Shown here piece by piece: positions 16,370 through 25,984 of a stretch of 39,860 bases of DNA (positions within the stretch are counted from its first letter, which is position 1; every line of letters starts with the position of its first letter). The stretch lies in IMG/VR virus record IMGVR_UViG_3300045988_157278; one strand, given 5' to 3'. The translations under genes were made by a program, and so were the position numbers. This stretch comes from a virus. Below the pieces are notes generated by a model, which was given only the letters and a program-made list of their open reading frames with translations, did no database searches and was not told the origin of the DNA.

Positions 16370-16651
16370 ATGCTAAAAGTAACCGATAAGTATTACATTG
16401 ACGCTGATGATAAATACTTTAACGTCGTGGAAAAAGCTGTAAATCATAAAACAGGAAAGATAACATCCTGGAATAGGGCAAGTTTTAAAAAAATACAGGA
16501 TGCAGTTGCCGAAATCAGGGAGATTGTATTGCGGGACAAAATCATGAATAACGAAATTCTTACGCTTTCAGATTTACGTAGTACGGCATTGAATATTGAT
16601 AAATTTATCGGTGATCAAATGTGGACAGAAGGAAGAAAATACGATGCATAA
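16370..16651 (+). CDS. hypothetical protein (93 aa)
   Basis: Strong RBS TAAGGAGGA. Confidence 0.55.
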   Translation: MLKVTDKYYIDADDKYFNVVEKAVNHKTGKITSWNRASFKKIQDAVAEIREIVLRDKIMNNEILTLSDLRSTALNIDKFIGDQMWTEGRKYDA

Positions 16652-16949
16652 GGACGATAAACGGATAAAAAAAGCCGAGAAGCTGCTCTACTTATATCCA
16701 CACACCGATACTTGTTATAAAAAGCTGCAAAAGGCTGTGGACAATATAAAAAGTGATAAGTATTACGATATCATTGATATGCGTTTCTTCCGGAAAATGA
16801 AATACAGGGAGATTGCAGAGGAATTAGGACTGGATGATAACACTGTGTATAAGCATAAACGTAGACTTGTGGAGCTAGTGGCAGATGTATTATATGCGGA
16901 TGACATCGTAAAAGAAATCATGGAAGAAATCGAAGACGAAAAGCTATAA
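16644..16949 (+). CDS. ArpU-like late transcriptional regulator with a sigma-70 region-4-like HTH
   Basis: FFRKMKYREIAEELGLDDNTVYKHKRRLVELV resembles sigma region 4. It lies immediately upstream of the late genes. RBS AAGGAAG. Confidence 0.6.
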   Translation: MHKDDKRIKKAEKLLYLYPHTDTCYKKLQKAVDNIKSDKYYDIIDMRFFRKMKYREIAEELGLDDNTVYKHKRRLVELVADVLYADDIVKEIMEEIEDEKL

Positions 16950-16955
16950 ACAAGA

Positions 16956-16982
16956 GGATGCATGAAAATTGCATCTTTTTTA
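16956..16982 (+). terminator. intrinsic terminator GGATGCA-tgaaaat-TGCATC plus T run
   Basis: Stem-loop followed by TTTTTTAT, directly after the regulator gene. Confidence 0.55.
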
Positions 16983-16989
16983 TGGAGAT

Positions 16990-17056
16990 GGATAAAAACA
17001 GGAGAAAAGCAGGGAATAAAAAGGGATAAATAAAGCAGAAAAAAGGGATAAAAGTA
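16990..17056 (+). repeat. four phased direct repeats of GG(G)ATAAA
   Basis: Copies at 16990, 17012, 17023 and 17044, spaced 22, 11 and 21 bp apart. Confidence 0.4.
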
Positions 17057-17150
17057 AGGATATTTCTGTGTATTGTGAAAAACGAATATTTCGCTTATGA
17101 TTCTGGCATTGAACGGAACAGCTGTTCCGCGAAGAAAAGGAGAAAAAGCA

Positions 17151-17423
17151 ATGGAAGAAGAAAAGAAAGTTATCCAGCCTGAAGGATCAGGAGTTGAACC
17201 GGCAACGATTGCTAGAACAGTCTGCCTGTTCATCGCACTTGTCAATCAACTTCTTGCTGTATGCGGAAAGGGCACCATTGGTATTGCTGACGATACAGTT
17301 TATCAGCTAGCGACAGCAGGCTTTACAATTACAGCTGCACTTATTTCATGGTGGAAGAATAATTCATTTACACGTGAAGCAAAGGCATCAGATAAAGTAA
17401 TGAAGCAGTTAAAAGGAAAATAG
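17151..17423 (+). CDS. holin, phiLC3/LL-H family-like
   Basis: TM segments and the family-typical WWKNNSFT motif. RBS AAAGGAGAAA. Confidence 0.65.
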   Translation: MEEEKKVIQPEGSGVEPATIARTVCLFIALVNQLLAVCGKGTIGIADDTVYQLATAGFTITAALISWWKNNSFTREAKASDKVMKQLKGK

Positions 17424-17427
17424 CTGC

Positions 17428-17712
17428 ATGGAGTTGCTTACATTCGTCAAAGACTACTGGGCTATTTTAATTTTTCTCGGGACTATGTTTGCTTGGATAT
17501 TAAAATACATCATAGCTCTACAGAATGGTATAAAAGCCATCCTGCACGATAGGATCATACAGAAGTGTGAGTATATGATCAATCGCGAATATGTCACGTC
17601 TGATGACTTAGAGGAACTAGAATATTTGAACGGTCCATATAAAGCATTAGGCGGGAACGGCACAGTAGAAGTCATGTTAAGAGAGGTACACAAGTTACCA
17701 AAAAAGAAATAG
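17428..17712 (+). CDS. second holin-like small membrane protein
   Basis: N-terminal TM helix (WAILIFLGTMFAWILKYIIAL), placed between the holin and the endolysin. Confidence 0.45.
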   Translation: MELLTFVKDYWAILIFLGTMFAWILKYIIALQNGIKAILHDRIIQKCEYMINREYVTSDDLEELEYLNGPYKALGGNGTVEVMLREVHKLPKKK

Positions 17713-17722
17713 GAGGAAGCAT

Positions 17723-18403
17723 ATGACAGCAAAAGAATTTAAGAAGAGGGTCGAAGGTAAGGCCTATGATGTAGACGGCGCATTCGGCGCACAGTGCTGG
17801 GATCTATTCGCATATTTTTGTCAGCTGATGAAATATCCAATCTATAACTGCACAACGACTGGATATGTACCAGATCTGTGGAATGACCGTAAGAAGAATG
17901 GTATCCTGAAAAAGTTTGTGGAGACACAGAACATGCAGGAAGGAGACTGGTGTATCTGGGGTAAGTGCGCAGCTGCACCAGACGGACATATTGCGATGTA
18001 TCTGTCAGATAATGGAGACGGGACAGGTCAATTCCTTGGACAGAATCAGGGCAGCAATGTGGCAAATGTGATCACGATGCCGTATGCTGGGTCACTCGGG
18101 GCTTTGCGAGCAAATGATTACGTCAAAAAGCCGGCAAAAAAGACACCGGCACAGAAGGCTGGAATTGCTGCATCTGGAACGATGGTTGCTACCGTAGATC
18201 GTATCCGTGTGCGTAATAGCGCATCTCTCAGCAAAGGAGAGACCGGATTGTATTACGATAAGGGCATGGTGCTGAATTATGAATCCGTGAAAGAAGCGGA
18301 TGGATATTTCTGGCTGGTCTACACATCTGCAAGCACAGGAACGACACGTTACATCGCCTACGGAACCACCGATGGCAAGAAAAAATTCTGGAAGAAAAAG
18401 TAA
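17723..18403 (+). CDS. endolysin: CHAP peptidase plus SH3b-like cell-wall binding domain
   Basis: Catalytic Cys in GAQCWDL and His in DGHIAMY. C-terminal YFWLVYTSASTGTTRYIAYG is SH3b-like. RBS AGGAGGAAG. Confidence 0.8.
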   Translation: MTAKEFKKRVEGKAYDVDGAFGAQCWDLFAYFCQLMKYPIYNCTTTGYVPDLWNDRKKNGILKKFVETQNMQEGDWCIWGKCAAAPDGHIAMYLSDNGDGTGQFLGQNQGSNVANVITMPYAGSLGALRANDYVKKPAKKTPAQKAGIAASGTMVATVDRIRVRNSASLSKGETGLYYDKGMVLNYESVKEADGYFWLVYTSASTGTTRYIAYGTTDGKKKFWKKK

Positions 18404-18899
18404 GTACGAAACACATGTACTTCCCAGATTTAAAGAAATAGCCGAGTGGTGTAGACAGGGAGCAACTGATAAAGAATTGATAAAGGCACTCGGAATAGGA
18501 AAGAGTGCCTTCTATGAATATTTGAAAATTCCGGAGTTTTCGGAATTGCTCAAAAATAGCCGTATCAGTACCGTACAGGAACTGAAATGTGCGATGTTTA
18601 AACGGGCTATTGGATTTACGTACACCGAGACAGAGAAGACTGTGGAACGGATTGAATTCGATAAGTCCGTAAAAAAAATATTGCTGGAGAATGGTATCGA
18701 TGTAGAAGCACTGGAACAACCAAAGCTTATAAAAACTAAGATATCAGAAAAACATGTCCTTCCCGACCCGACATCAAATCTCATACTGTTGAAACACTGG
18801 GACAAGGAAGCAGGATGGACATCGGATCCACAGACATTGGAATTGAAGAAACAAGAATTTGAACATCGAAAAAAGATGGATGAAGAAAAAATGTTTTAA
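18372..18899 (+). CDS. HTH protein resembling a terminase small subunit (KY...GxSxxEIxxxLGIxKSxFYEW-type N-terminus)
   Basis: KSKYETHVLPRFKEIAEWCRQGATDKELIKALGIGKSAFYEYLKIPEFSELL. The start overlaps the endolysin 3' end by 32 nt and has a weak RBS. Confidence 0.45.
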   Translation: MARKNSGRKSKYETHVLPRFKEIAEWCRQGATDKELIKALGIGKSAFYEYLKIPEFSELLKNSRISTVQELKCAMFKRAIGFTYTETEKTVERIEFDKSVKKILLENGIDVEALEQPKLIKTKISEKHVLPDPTSNLILLKHWDKEAGWTSDPQTLELKKQEFEHRKKMDEEKMF

Positions 18900-18905
18900 G
18901 AAAGG

Positions 18906-19103
18906 ATGATGGATATGGCAGATAAGCTAAACGGATTTAAGGATAATCATAGTCTTGCAGAAGCTGCAGCAAAGGATACGGTATACACGAAACAGGAAAT
19001 CGATGCAAAACTGGCAGCACTTCCGGTATTCCGTTCTGGTACTGCAAATCCAGATAATTCCGTCGGAAAAGACGGAGACTTTTATCTAAAGTTGGAGCAG
19101 TAA
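18906..19103 (+). CDS. hypothetical protein (65 aa)
   Basis: RBS AAAGGATGATGG. Confidence 0.45.
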   Translation: MMDMADKLNGFKDNHSLAEAAAKDTVYTKQEIDAKLAALPVFRSGTANPDNSVGKDGDFYLKLEQ

Positions 19104-19104
19104 T

Positions 19105-20475
19105 ATGGCATGGAAAGAGGTATGGAATAACAGCTATTACAAGATAGAAGTAGAATATACCATGATGAAGAATGTCATAGCGAACACTACCACATTTACT
19201 GCTAAGCGGATACGGATAACATCTGTAAATTCATATTATAGTTGCAATAATGCAGCTGGGACTGTAGGTATCGGTGTACGATCAGATATCAGAGGTACAC
19301 AGACAAAAGCTATCAATGTTGGAGGGGGTGGCTCGCAGACTATTGACCTTTATGATAAGACGTGGACGATTGGACACAATGGAAGCGGAACGCCGAACAA
19401 TAACCCGGTCTATGTCCATGGATATTGTGATGTCGGTTTAGGTGGCAGTTATCATACACCGGCAGGTGGATGGAAGACCGCTGCGATATCTGTTCCATCC
19501 ATAGATCGCAGCGGAGGGTCTGCTGGAATATATGTATCATCAGTATCACAAAACGCTATAACCTGCGTGATAAGCTCAAATGTAAAAACAACATTAGGGC
19601 GCTATCGGATAGATGGTGGAGGATGGACAAATTTCACACCTTCTTCAGCTCTTGCTGTAACTAATGGCGGATCTATGAGCAAAACGTTTAGCGGATTTTC
19701 GCCTAACACTTACCATACGATAGAGGTCCAGTTTCGCCGAGACTACAACGAAGTATGGGGATCTTCTGCTTCTGCTGGTGCAACGACACCAAAACCGCCG
19801 GCACCATCTGCCGGGTCGATCAAAGTTACAGCGGTAACGATAAATTCTATCACCGTACAGGTGAGCGGATTTGGATTCGGAGGTTATGGAGCTACATGGG
19901 GAGCATATTTCTTCAAACGTTCTATTGACGGGAGTTGGTCCAGCAATGGATCTGGATCGACAAGAACATTTACAGGACTTTCTCCTGGTACTTCGTATAC
20001 ACTACAGGCTCTATTACGGGATAACTATGGGACTGATTCGGGTGTAGCAAGTGTCACAGCCACGACACTTCCGGCAACACCGGTCGCGGGATCATTATCC
20101 TATTCAGGATTGCTGTTCGATCGCTTCACAGTATCAGCATACGGATACAGTATTGCGGCAGGAATAAGTCGATTTGAATGGCAGATCAATGGCGGTTCAT
20201 GGGTATCCTCCGGAACAACAGCCAGCAAAGCATACACAGGGCTGAAAGAGAAAACAAGGTATACAGTCAATTGTCGTATTCTGGATAAATTGGGAAGGTA
20301 TTCAGGGGTCTTTGGTGTGACCATCACAACGCCGGCGGAGCCAGCAGGGCATATATTCTTAAAAGTCAATGGAAGGTATCAAAGATACAATATCTATAAG
20401 AAGGTTAATGGTAGATACTTACGAGCAACAGATATATTCCGCAAAGTAAACGGAGTGTATAAACGCGATGTGTAA
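19105..20475 (+). CDS. fibre-like structural protein with FN3-like repeats
   Basis: Repeated beta-sandwich-like segments (ITVQVSGF...YTLQA and FTVSAYG...YTVNC). Rich in G, S and T. C-terminal triple KVNG(R/V)Y motif. Confidence 0.55.
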   Translation: MAWKEVWNNSYYKIEVEYTMMKNVIANTTTFTAKRIRITSVNSYYSCNNAAGTVGIGVRSDIRGTQTKAINVGGGGSQTIDLYDKTWTIGHNGSGTPNNNPVYVHGYCDVGLGGSYHTPAGGWKTAAISVPSIDRSGGSAGIYVSSVSQNAITCVISSNVKTTLGRYRIDGGGWTNFTPSSALAVTNGGSMSKTFSGFSPNTYHTIEVQFRRDYNEVWGSSASAGATTPKPPAPSAGSIKVTAVTINSITVQVSGFGFGGYGATWGAYFFKRSIDGSWSSNGSGSTRTFTGLSPGTSYTLQALLRDNYGTDSGVASVTATTLPATPVAGSLSYSGLLFDRFTVSAYGYSIAAGISRFEWQINGGSWVSSGTTASKAYTGLKEKTRYTVNCRILDKLGRYSGVFGVTITTPAEPAGHIFLKVNGRYQRYNIYKKVNGRYLRATDIFRKVNGVYKRDV

Positions 20476-20490
20476 CGAGGTGAAATTTTT

Positions 20491-21480
20491 ATGAGGAATA
20501 TCGTCAGTATATATTTTGCGGATACCAATCAGTACGGTTCATGCAACTCTGCAAGTGATGAGAATGAATTGATCCTATTTCTAATACCTCTACCATCACA
20601 GAAAACGAATCTGAGAGTGGAAGTAACTGACCGATCTGGAAACGTAACCACTAGCCCGGTCTTACAGCTAGAAGAAGGATATCTGAATTATAAGATAGAT
20701 AAAACCTTGTGGTATACAGCGGGAACGATGAAAGTGCGCTTGTTGAGTAATGAAGGAAATACTGGATATGTAGAGTTCAGAACACTTGTGACGATAACGG
20801 ATCAGGATGCAGCAATCTGCAAATTAGACGCATCATTCTTCAGCATCTCAAAACGTTCGGAGCAGGCCAGCGAAAGCTGGCCGATCGGTTCAGTTTTTGA
20901 AAGTATCCGCAATGTCAACCCAGCAGAATACTTCGGCGGTATATGGGAGCGTTTTGGGAAAGGGCGTGTCACGGTCGGCGTCGATGAGAATGATGCAGAT
21001 TTCGATACGGTGCAAAAGACTGGCGGGGAAAAGAAACACGCAACCACAGTGAACGAGATGCCAATACATACACATAGCCAGAAATCACATAATCACACTC
21101 AGAATGCTCATGGGCACAGTGCTTCGTCTGGGTCGGCAGGAAGCCATACTCACTCAGGGTCAACCGGGAGCGCAGGAAGCCATGCTCATACGATGTATAC
21201 GAGACAGAAAGTGCCAGGCGGTACAGGTGGTAAGTGGGCTACGATGGGATGGTCGAGTGATTATGACGGTACTTCTACTACTGCGGCACAAAGCGCAGGA
21301 AGCCATAGCCACAGCGTGACTATCAATTCAGGAGGAGCACACTCACATACAGTGAATGTAAGTAGTAATACCGCAAGTAATAACGCAACAACCGCAACGA
21401 ACAACAATGCTGGAGGAGGAGCTGCGCATAACAACCTGCAACCGTACATCACAGTATACAAGTGGGTGAGGACAGCGTAA
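20491..21480 (+). CDS. tail-collar-domain fibre protein with HxH repeat region
   Basis: Collar-domain pattern (GGIWERFGKGRVTVG...EMPIHTHSQ and C-terminal HNNLQPYITVYKWVR). About eight HxH motifs sit in GSAGSH(T/A)H-type repeats. Confidence 0.6.
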   Translation: MRNIVSIYFADTNQYGSCNSASDENELILFLIPLPSQKTNLRVEVTDRSGNVTTSPVLQLEEGYLNYKIDKTLWYTAGTMKVRLLSNEGNTGYVEFRTLVTITDQDAAICKLDASFFSISKRSEQASESWPIGSVFESIRNVNPAEYFGGIWERFGKGRVTVGVDENDADFDTVQKTGGEKKHATTVNEMPIHTHSQKSHNHTQNAHGHSASSGSAGSHTHSGSTGSAGSHAHTMYTRQKVPGGTGGKWATMGWSSDYDGTSTTAAQSAGSHSHSVTINSGGAHSHTVNVSSNTASNNATTATNNNAGGGAAHNNLQPYITVYKWVRTA

Positions 21481-22163
21481 TGTTTAAAAATAAGAAAGAA
21501 TTCTATAATTCAGATGAGTTTAATAGCTTGAAAGAATATCTAACCAATGAACGAAAGAATCCAGACGATGGGATGGTCTATTGTGAGCATTGCGGAAGAC
21601 CTATCGTTAAAAAGTATGATATGGTCGCGCACCATAAGAAGGAGCTTACAGACCAGAATATCAACGATTACATGATATCACTGAATCCGGAACTGATCGT
21701 GTTAGTACATTTTAAATGTCACAACGAGATACATCGCAGATTCGGAAAAGAAGGATATCGCAAGGCATATATCGTTTATGGTCCACCGTGCGGAGGTAAG
21801 ACAACATTCGTTCAAACCAATGCAGGACCGAATGATCTCATTGTCGATATGGACAGCATCTATCAGATGATAACCGTAAACGATAGATACATAAAGCCTG
21901 ACAGACTGAAGATGAATGCTTTCGCTGTACGTGATTGTTTGTATGAGCAGATCAAGTATCGGACAGGTAAATGGGAAAATGCATATGTGATTGCAGGATT
22001 ACCAATGGCAATGGAGCGTCAACGTCTTGAGACACGATTGAATGCATCTGGTATATTCATTGATGTTGACAAGGATACATGCAAAGCACGGGCACAAGAA
22101 CGTAGTAACGCAGAAGAAACTATAAAGTACATAGAGGAGTGGTTCTCCATGTATACGACTTAA
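21480..22163 (+). CDS. HNH endonuclease fused to a P-loop NTPase domain
   Basis: CEHCGRPIV...HH.KEL...HFKCHNEIH is HNH. Walker A YGPPCGGKTT. Located upstream of terS and terL, as in cos-type packaging modules. Confidence 0.7.
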   Translation: MFKNKKEFYNSDEFNSLKEYLTNERKNPDDGMVYCEHCGRPIVKKYDMVAHHKKELTDQNINDYMISLNPELIVLVHFKCHNEIHRRFGKEGYRKAYIVYGPPCGGKTTFVQTNAGPNDLIVDMDSIYQMITVNDRYIKPDRLKMNAFAVRDCLYEQIKYRTGKWENAYVIAGLPMAMERQRLETRLNASGIFIDVDKDTCKARAQERSNAEETIKYIEEWFSMYTT

Positions 22164-22175
22164 GGAGGAAGTTAT

Positions 22176-22571
22176 ATGAGATATAAGGATGGAGTGAAAG
22201 GTTCTGCGGATTTGAATTGGCTGAACGATATGTTAGAAAAGCAACCGATCGACGCAATCATGATCAATCGTAAGACAGCGGAAACGCTGCTTGACTATGT
22301 AGATAAGGCACTGGCTGCACAGGCGAATGAGCAGACAGGAAATTGCATACAAAGCAAGCCATTGCCGCCGCTGGGATTGCAGGTGCCGGAGCGTGGTGCG
22401 TGTGCTGCATATGGTGTTGCATTGGATATGATCGAGCTTAACATGCTGGTCGATCTGGTACAGGAACAGTTAGAACGAACAGAAATGGATGAGAGCTACG
22501 GGAAGCAGTATGTGTTCGATCTGATGTCACTGAATCATAAACTGCAAGTCGAACGCATGAAAAGAAGATAG
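22176..22571 (+). CDS. hypothetical protein (131 aa)
   Basis: Strong RBS TAAGGAGGAAG. Confidence 0.5.
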   Translation: MRYKDGVKGSADLNWLNDMLEKQPIDAIMINRKTAETLLDYVDKALAAQANEQTGNCIQSKPLPPLGLQVPERGACAAYGVALDMIELNMLVDLVQEQLERTEMDESYGKQYVFDLMSLNHKLQVERMKRR

Positions 22572-22731
22572 TCCCCCCGGGTCAGAGATTCACTGAAGCT
22601 GAAAAGGGACTGTAAGGGATTCACTAAATCCACCGAAAGCGAAAAAATGAGATTTTTGAAGAAGTTTTCCGGGAATATCAAAAGTGATATTTAATAATCT
22701 GAAGATATTGCAAAAGAAGGGAGCTGACAGG
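22572..22731 (+). promoter_or_regulatory. candidate cos/packaging-initiation region
   Basis: Non-coding gap directly upstream of terS. GC-rich CCCCCCGGG block at 22573-22581. Direct repeats GATTCACTGAAG at 22587 and GATTCACTAAAT at 22618. An HNH gene lies upstream. Confidence 0.3.
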
Positions 22732-23034
22732 ATGGAACGTAAAAAAGAGATGCTTGAACAGCTGCCGGATGACGCAACAAGAAAACTAATGGAACCGCTG
22801 ATCGACGATATCGTTTTTCTGGAAGAAATGCTACACAATTTACGGAAGCTTCCATTTATACGGGTTTCGGATAAAGATCCAAACCGGCAGAAAGCGACAC
22901 CGGCAGCTAAGCAGTACAAAGAACTGCTGCAACAATACAATAACTCTTTGAAGGTGCTGCGTTCCGTGATGAATAAGGATAATGATGGAGATGAAAGCGA
23001 ATTACGCAAGTGGTTTAGAAACAGGACTGGATAA
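22732..23034 (+). CDS. terminase small subunit (P27-family-like)
   Basis: Small basic protein immediately upstream of terL and overlapping it. DKDPNRQKATPAAKQYKELLQQY resembles the P27 family. RBS AAGGGAG. Confidence 0.5.
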   Translation: MERKKEMLEQLPDDATRKLMEPLIDDIVFLEEMLHNLRKLPFIRVSDKDPNRQKATPAAKQYKELLQQYNNSLKVLRSVMNKDNDGDESELRKWFRNRTG

Positions 23035-24733
23035 AGAAAAAACCTGGTTGTGGAAGTATCGGGAAGCCATACAAAAAGGTGAGATCGTTGCCGGCATAGA
23101 TATGATAACGGAATTAAATCATCTCATTGAAGAATGGGATGACCCGCAATATCGTTATGATACAGCAGATGCTGATATCCGTATCGACTTCATCGAAAAC
23201 TGTGTGAAATTGACAAAGAGTCCTTTTTATGGGAAACCCATGATCTTGATGCTCTGGGAAAAAGCATTTATCGAGGTTGCGTATAGCTTTAAAATGATGT
23301 CGATTGATACAGGTGGATGGGTAGACCGTTTTCAGGAGATCCTTATGTTGATTACGCGAAAGGGTGGAAAAACGGAATTGATCGCTGCACTGGAGCTAGC
23401 TGAATTGTTTCTTGGCCAACCAGGATCAAATATTATCTGTTCCGGTACCAATGATGCGATTGCTGACCTGTGTTATCAGTCTATCGATACGATGCGGCTG
23501 ATAATTGATCCGAAAAGCTTAGATACATGGCGGAATCAGAAAGGAATCAAATGTAATTTCAATAATAATTTTTTATCGAAGTTATCAGATTCCAGCCGTA
23601 ACAAGGAAGGCCGTAATATCGACATGGCCGGAATCGATGAGATATGGGCGTTATTAGATGACGGTATCTACAAACCGATCCAGCAGTCAACAAGTACGAA
23701 AGACAATTATAAGATATTTATGTTTGGCTCGCAGGGTTTTGTCGCAGATGGTTTCCTGGATAAGACACTGGAAGAATACTACAGGATCAACAGACGGGAA
23801 GATAACCGAGAAAGCGCAAAACGGAAGCTGCCATGGCTCTATACGCAGGACAGTGAAAGTGAAGTATGGGAGACGAATGAACAGGGGATCAATCCGGCAT
23901 GGGAGAAATCAAATCCTTCTATCGGAATCGTGAAAAAATGGTCCTATCTGCGTGATCGAGTGGATGAAGCACGTATCAGCAAATCTGACAGGATGTTCGT
24001 TTTATCAAAGGACTTCAACTTCAAAGTTTCCGAAGCAACCACCTGGCTACTTCCAGAGCTATTGGATTATGACACCAAATTTGATATAGAAGATTTCAGA
24101 GGGTTTTTCTGTATTGGTGGTGTCGATCTGGCAGAAACAACAGATTTATGTTCTGCGAAGGCTTTGATCATGCGTCCTGAGGATAAACGGAAATATCTTA
24201 TTTCTATGTATTGGATGCCCATTAGTAAATTAGACAACAACGATGACAAACTGGCAGGGGCTGAATATAGGCAATGGGCCAGAGAGGGATATTTACGAAT
24301 CGTTGATGATACAGAAGTCGATGTGACGATCGTTGCCGACTGGTTCAATGAACTATACAAAAAATATGGGATATGGACAATCAAGTGTGGATATGATCAA
24401 AAATTTTCCAAGGAATTTCTGAAGCGACTAGATGAATATGAAATTGAATATGAAAATATACCGCAGAATCGCTTTGTTATGAGTACCCCGACAAAAGTCA
24501 CCGAAGAAGAAATACGGCAGCAACTTATTGTTTACGGAAATAACCCGATCGATAAATGGAATATGAAAAATGCATGTGTCCAGGTATGGGATACAGGACA
24601 TATCATGCTGGTGAAGGAAAAGAACATGCCAGGCAAAAAAATAGATGGAGCTGTAAGTACGGTGATCGTAAACGAGACTTACAGAAGGAATCGTGCTGAT
24701 TATATGTTATATGTGAAAAAGAATCGGAGGTGA
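22982..24733 (+). CDS. terL: terminase large subunit
   Basis: Walker A-like ITRKGGKTE and Walker B DEIW, plus a C-terminal nuclease domain. Length and position are typical. Confidence 0.9.
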   Translation: MMEMKANYASGLETGLDKEKTWLWKYREAIQKGEIVAGIDMITELNHLIEEWDDPQYRYDTADADIRIDFIENCVKLTKSPFYGKPMILMLWEKAFIEVAYSFKMMSIDTGGWVDRFQEILMLITRKGGKTELIAALELAELFLGQPGSNIICSGTNDAIADLCYQSIDTMRLIIDPKSLDTWRNQKGIKCNFNNNFLSKLSDSSRNKEGRNIDMAGIDEIWALLDDGIYKPIQQSTSTKDNYKIFMFGSQGFVADGFLDKTLEEYYRINRREDNRESAKRKLPWLYTQDSESEVWETNEQGINPAWEKSNPSIGIVKKWSYLRDRVDEARISKSDRMFVLSKDFNFKVSEATTWLLPELLDYDTKFDIEDFRGFFCIGGVDLAETTDLCSAKALIMRPEDKRKYLISMYWMPISKLDNNDDKLAGAEYRQWAREGYLRIVDDTEVDVTIVADWFNELYKKYGIWTIKCGYDQKFSKEFLKRLDEYEIEYENIPQNRFVMSTPTKVTEEEIRQQLIVYGNNPIDKWNMKNACVQVWDTGHIMLVKEKNMPGKKIDGAVSTVIVNETYRRNRADYMLYVKKNRR

Positions 24734-24737
24734 GTGC

Positions 24738-25967
24738 ATGGGGATATTGAAGGTATTGTCAGGAATGTTTGGTGTAGAGAAGCCGCCGGCAAAATTGAAT
24801 TATGGAACGATGATGAATGGTGTCACGCCTATCTATTCAGGACATGGACAGAATATATATGCAAATGATGTCGTACAGCAAACATTGGATTGCATCGTTA
24901 ATGAATTAAAAAAATTGAATCCTACGCATGTTAGATATGAAGGATTTGATCCAGTGCCGGTAGATGGACCGCTTCAGCAAGTATTGGAAGACCCAAACCC
25001 GCTCATGACAACAAGTGAATTCATCGAAAAATGGGCTTGGATGCTTCTTCTCACATACAATGCATTCATCTATATACAAAGAAATGAGAAAGATGATATC
25101 AAAGGTTACTTCCCGTTGAACCCTAAACAGGTTACGTTCATGGAAGCACCGAACGGAAAAATGTATTTGAAGATGAGATTCGGAAGTGGATATGAATCTA
25201 CAGTGCCGTATGCTTCCATCATTCATTTAAGAACACACTTTGCACAGAATGATCTCATGGGTGGGAATGAATTTGGACAACCTGATCAGGAACATATTAA
25301 AAAGACGATCGGTATCAACGATGACCTACTGGATGGGGTGCGAAAAGCTATGAAGATATCGTGTGCTATAAATGGTATCGTACAGTACAACATTATGCGG
25401 GATGATGACCAGATGCAGGAGAATATCAAAGAATTTGAAAGAAAACTTTTGAATTCTGAAAGTGGACTTATGCCAATGGACACAAAAGCTGTATACACAC
25501 CGTTATCAAGAAATATGCAGCTAGTGGATAAAGCAACACTGGAATTTCTAGACAATAAGATCATGCGGAATTGGCATGTTCCAGCAAATATCGTATTGGG
25601 TAACTATAAAACCGAAGAATATGCGTCATTTTATCAGGCGGCGCTGGAACCGATTATCATATCGGCTTCGCAGGGATTCACAAAAAAGTCGTTTACGAAG
25701 CAGCAGGCGGGTGGATATAAGAATAAGATCATATTCTTCATGCGTGAGCTGATATTTGCAGATACCGCACAGACATTGGCGGTTGTGAAAGAGCTTGGTC
25801 AGACTGGTGCATTATGGGAAAACGAAAAACGTGTTGCATTTGGATATGCACCAGATAAAGAATTGATCGGTAAACGCATGCAGTCACTGAACTGGATAGA
25901 AACGCAATATGCCAGAGAGTACCAGCTGACTAAGAAAAAGCCAGGCGAAAAAGAGATAGAAGAATAG
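24738..25967 (+). CDS. portal protein (HK97-family-like)
   Basis: 409-aa ORF directly after terL with portal-like composition. Confidence 0.8.
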   Translation: MGILKVLSGMFGVEKPPAKLNYGTMMNGVTPIYSGHGQNIYANDVVQQTLDCIVNELKKLNPTHVRYEGFDPVPVDGPLQQVLEDPNPLMTTSEFIEKWAWMLLLTYNAFIYIQRNEKDDIKGYFPLNPKQVTFMEAPNGKMYLKMRFGSGYESTVPYASIIHLRTHFAQNDLMGGNEFGQPDQEHIKKTIGINDDLLDGVRKAMKISCAINGIVQYNIMRDDDQMQENIKEFERKLLNSESGLMPMDTKAVYTPLSRNMQLVDKATLEFLDNKIMRNWHVPANIVLGNYKTEEYASFYQAALEPIIISASQGFTKKSFTKQQAGGYKNKIIFFMRELIFADTAQTLAVVKELGQTGALWENEKRVAFGYAPDKELIGKRMQSLNWIETQYAREYQLTKKKPGEKEIEE

Positions 25968-25984
25968 GAAAGGAGGTAGAAGAA

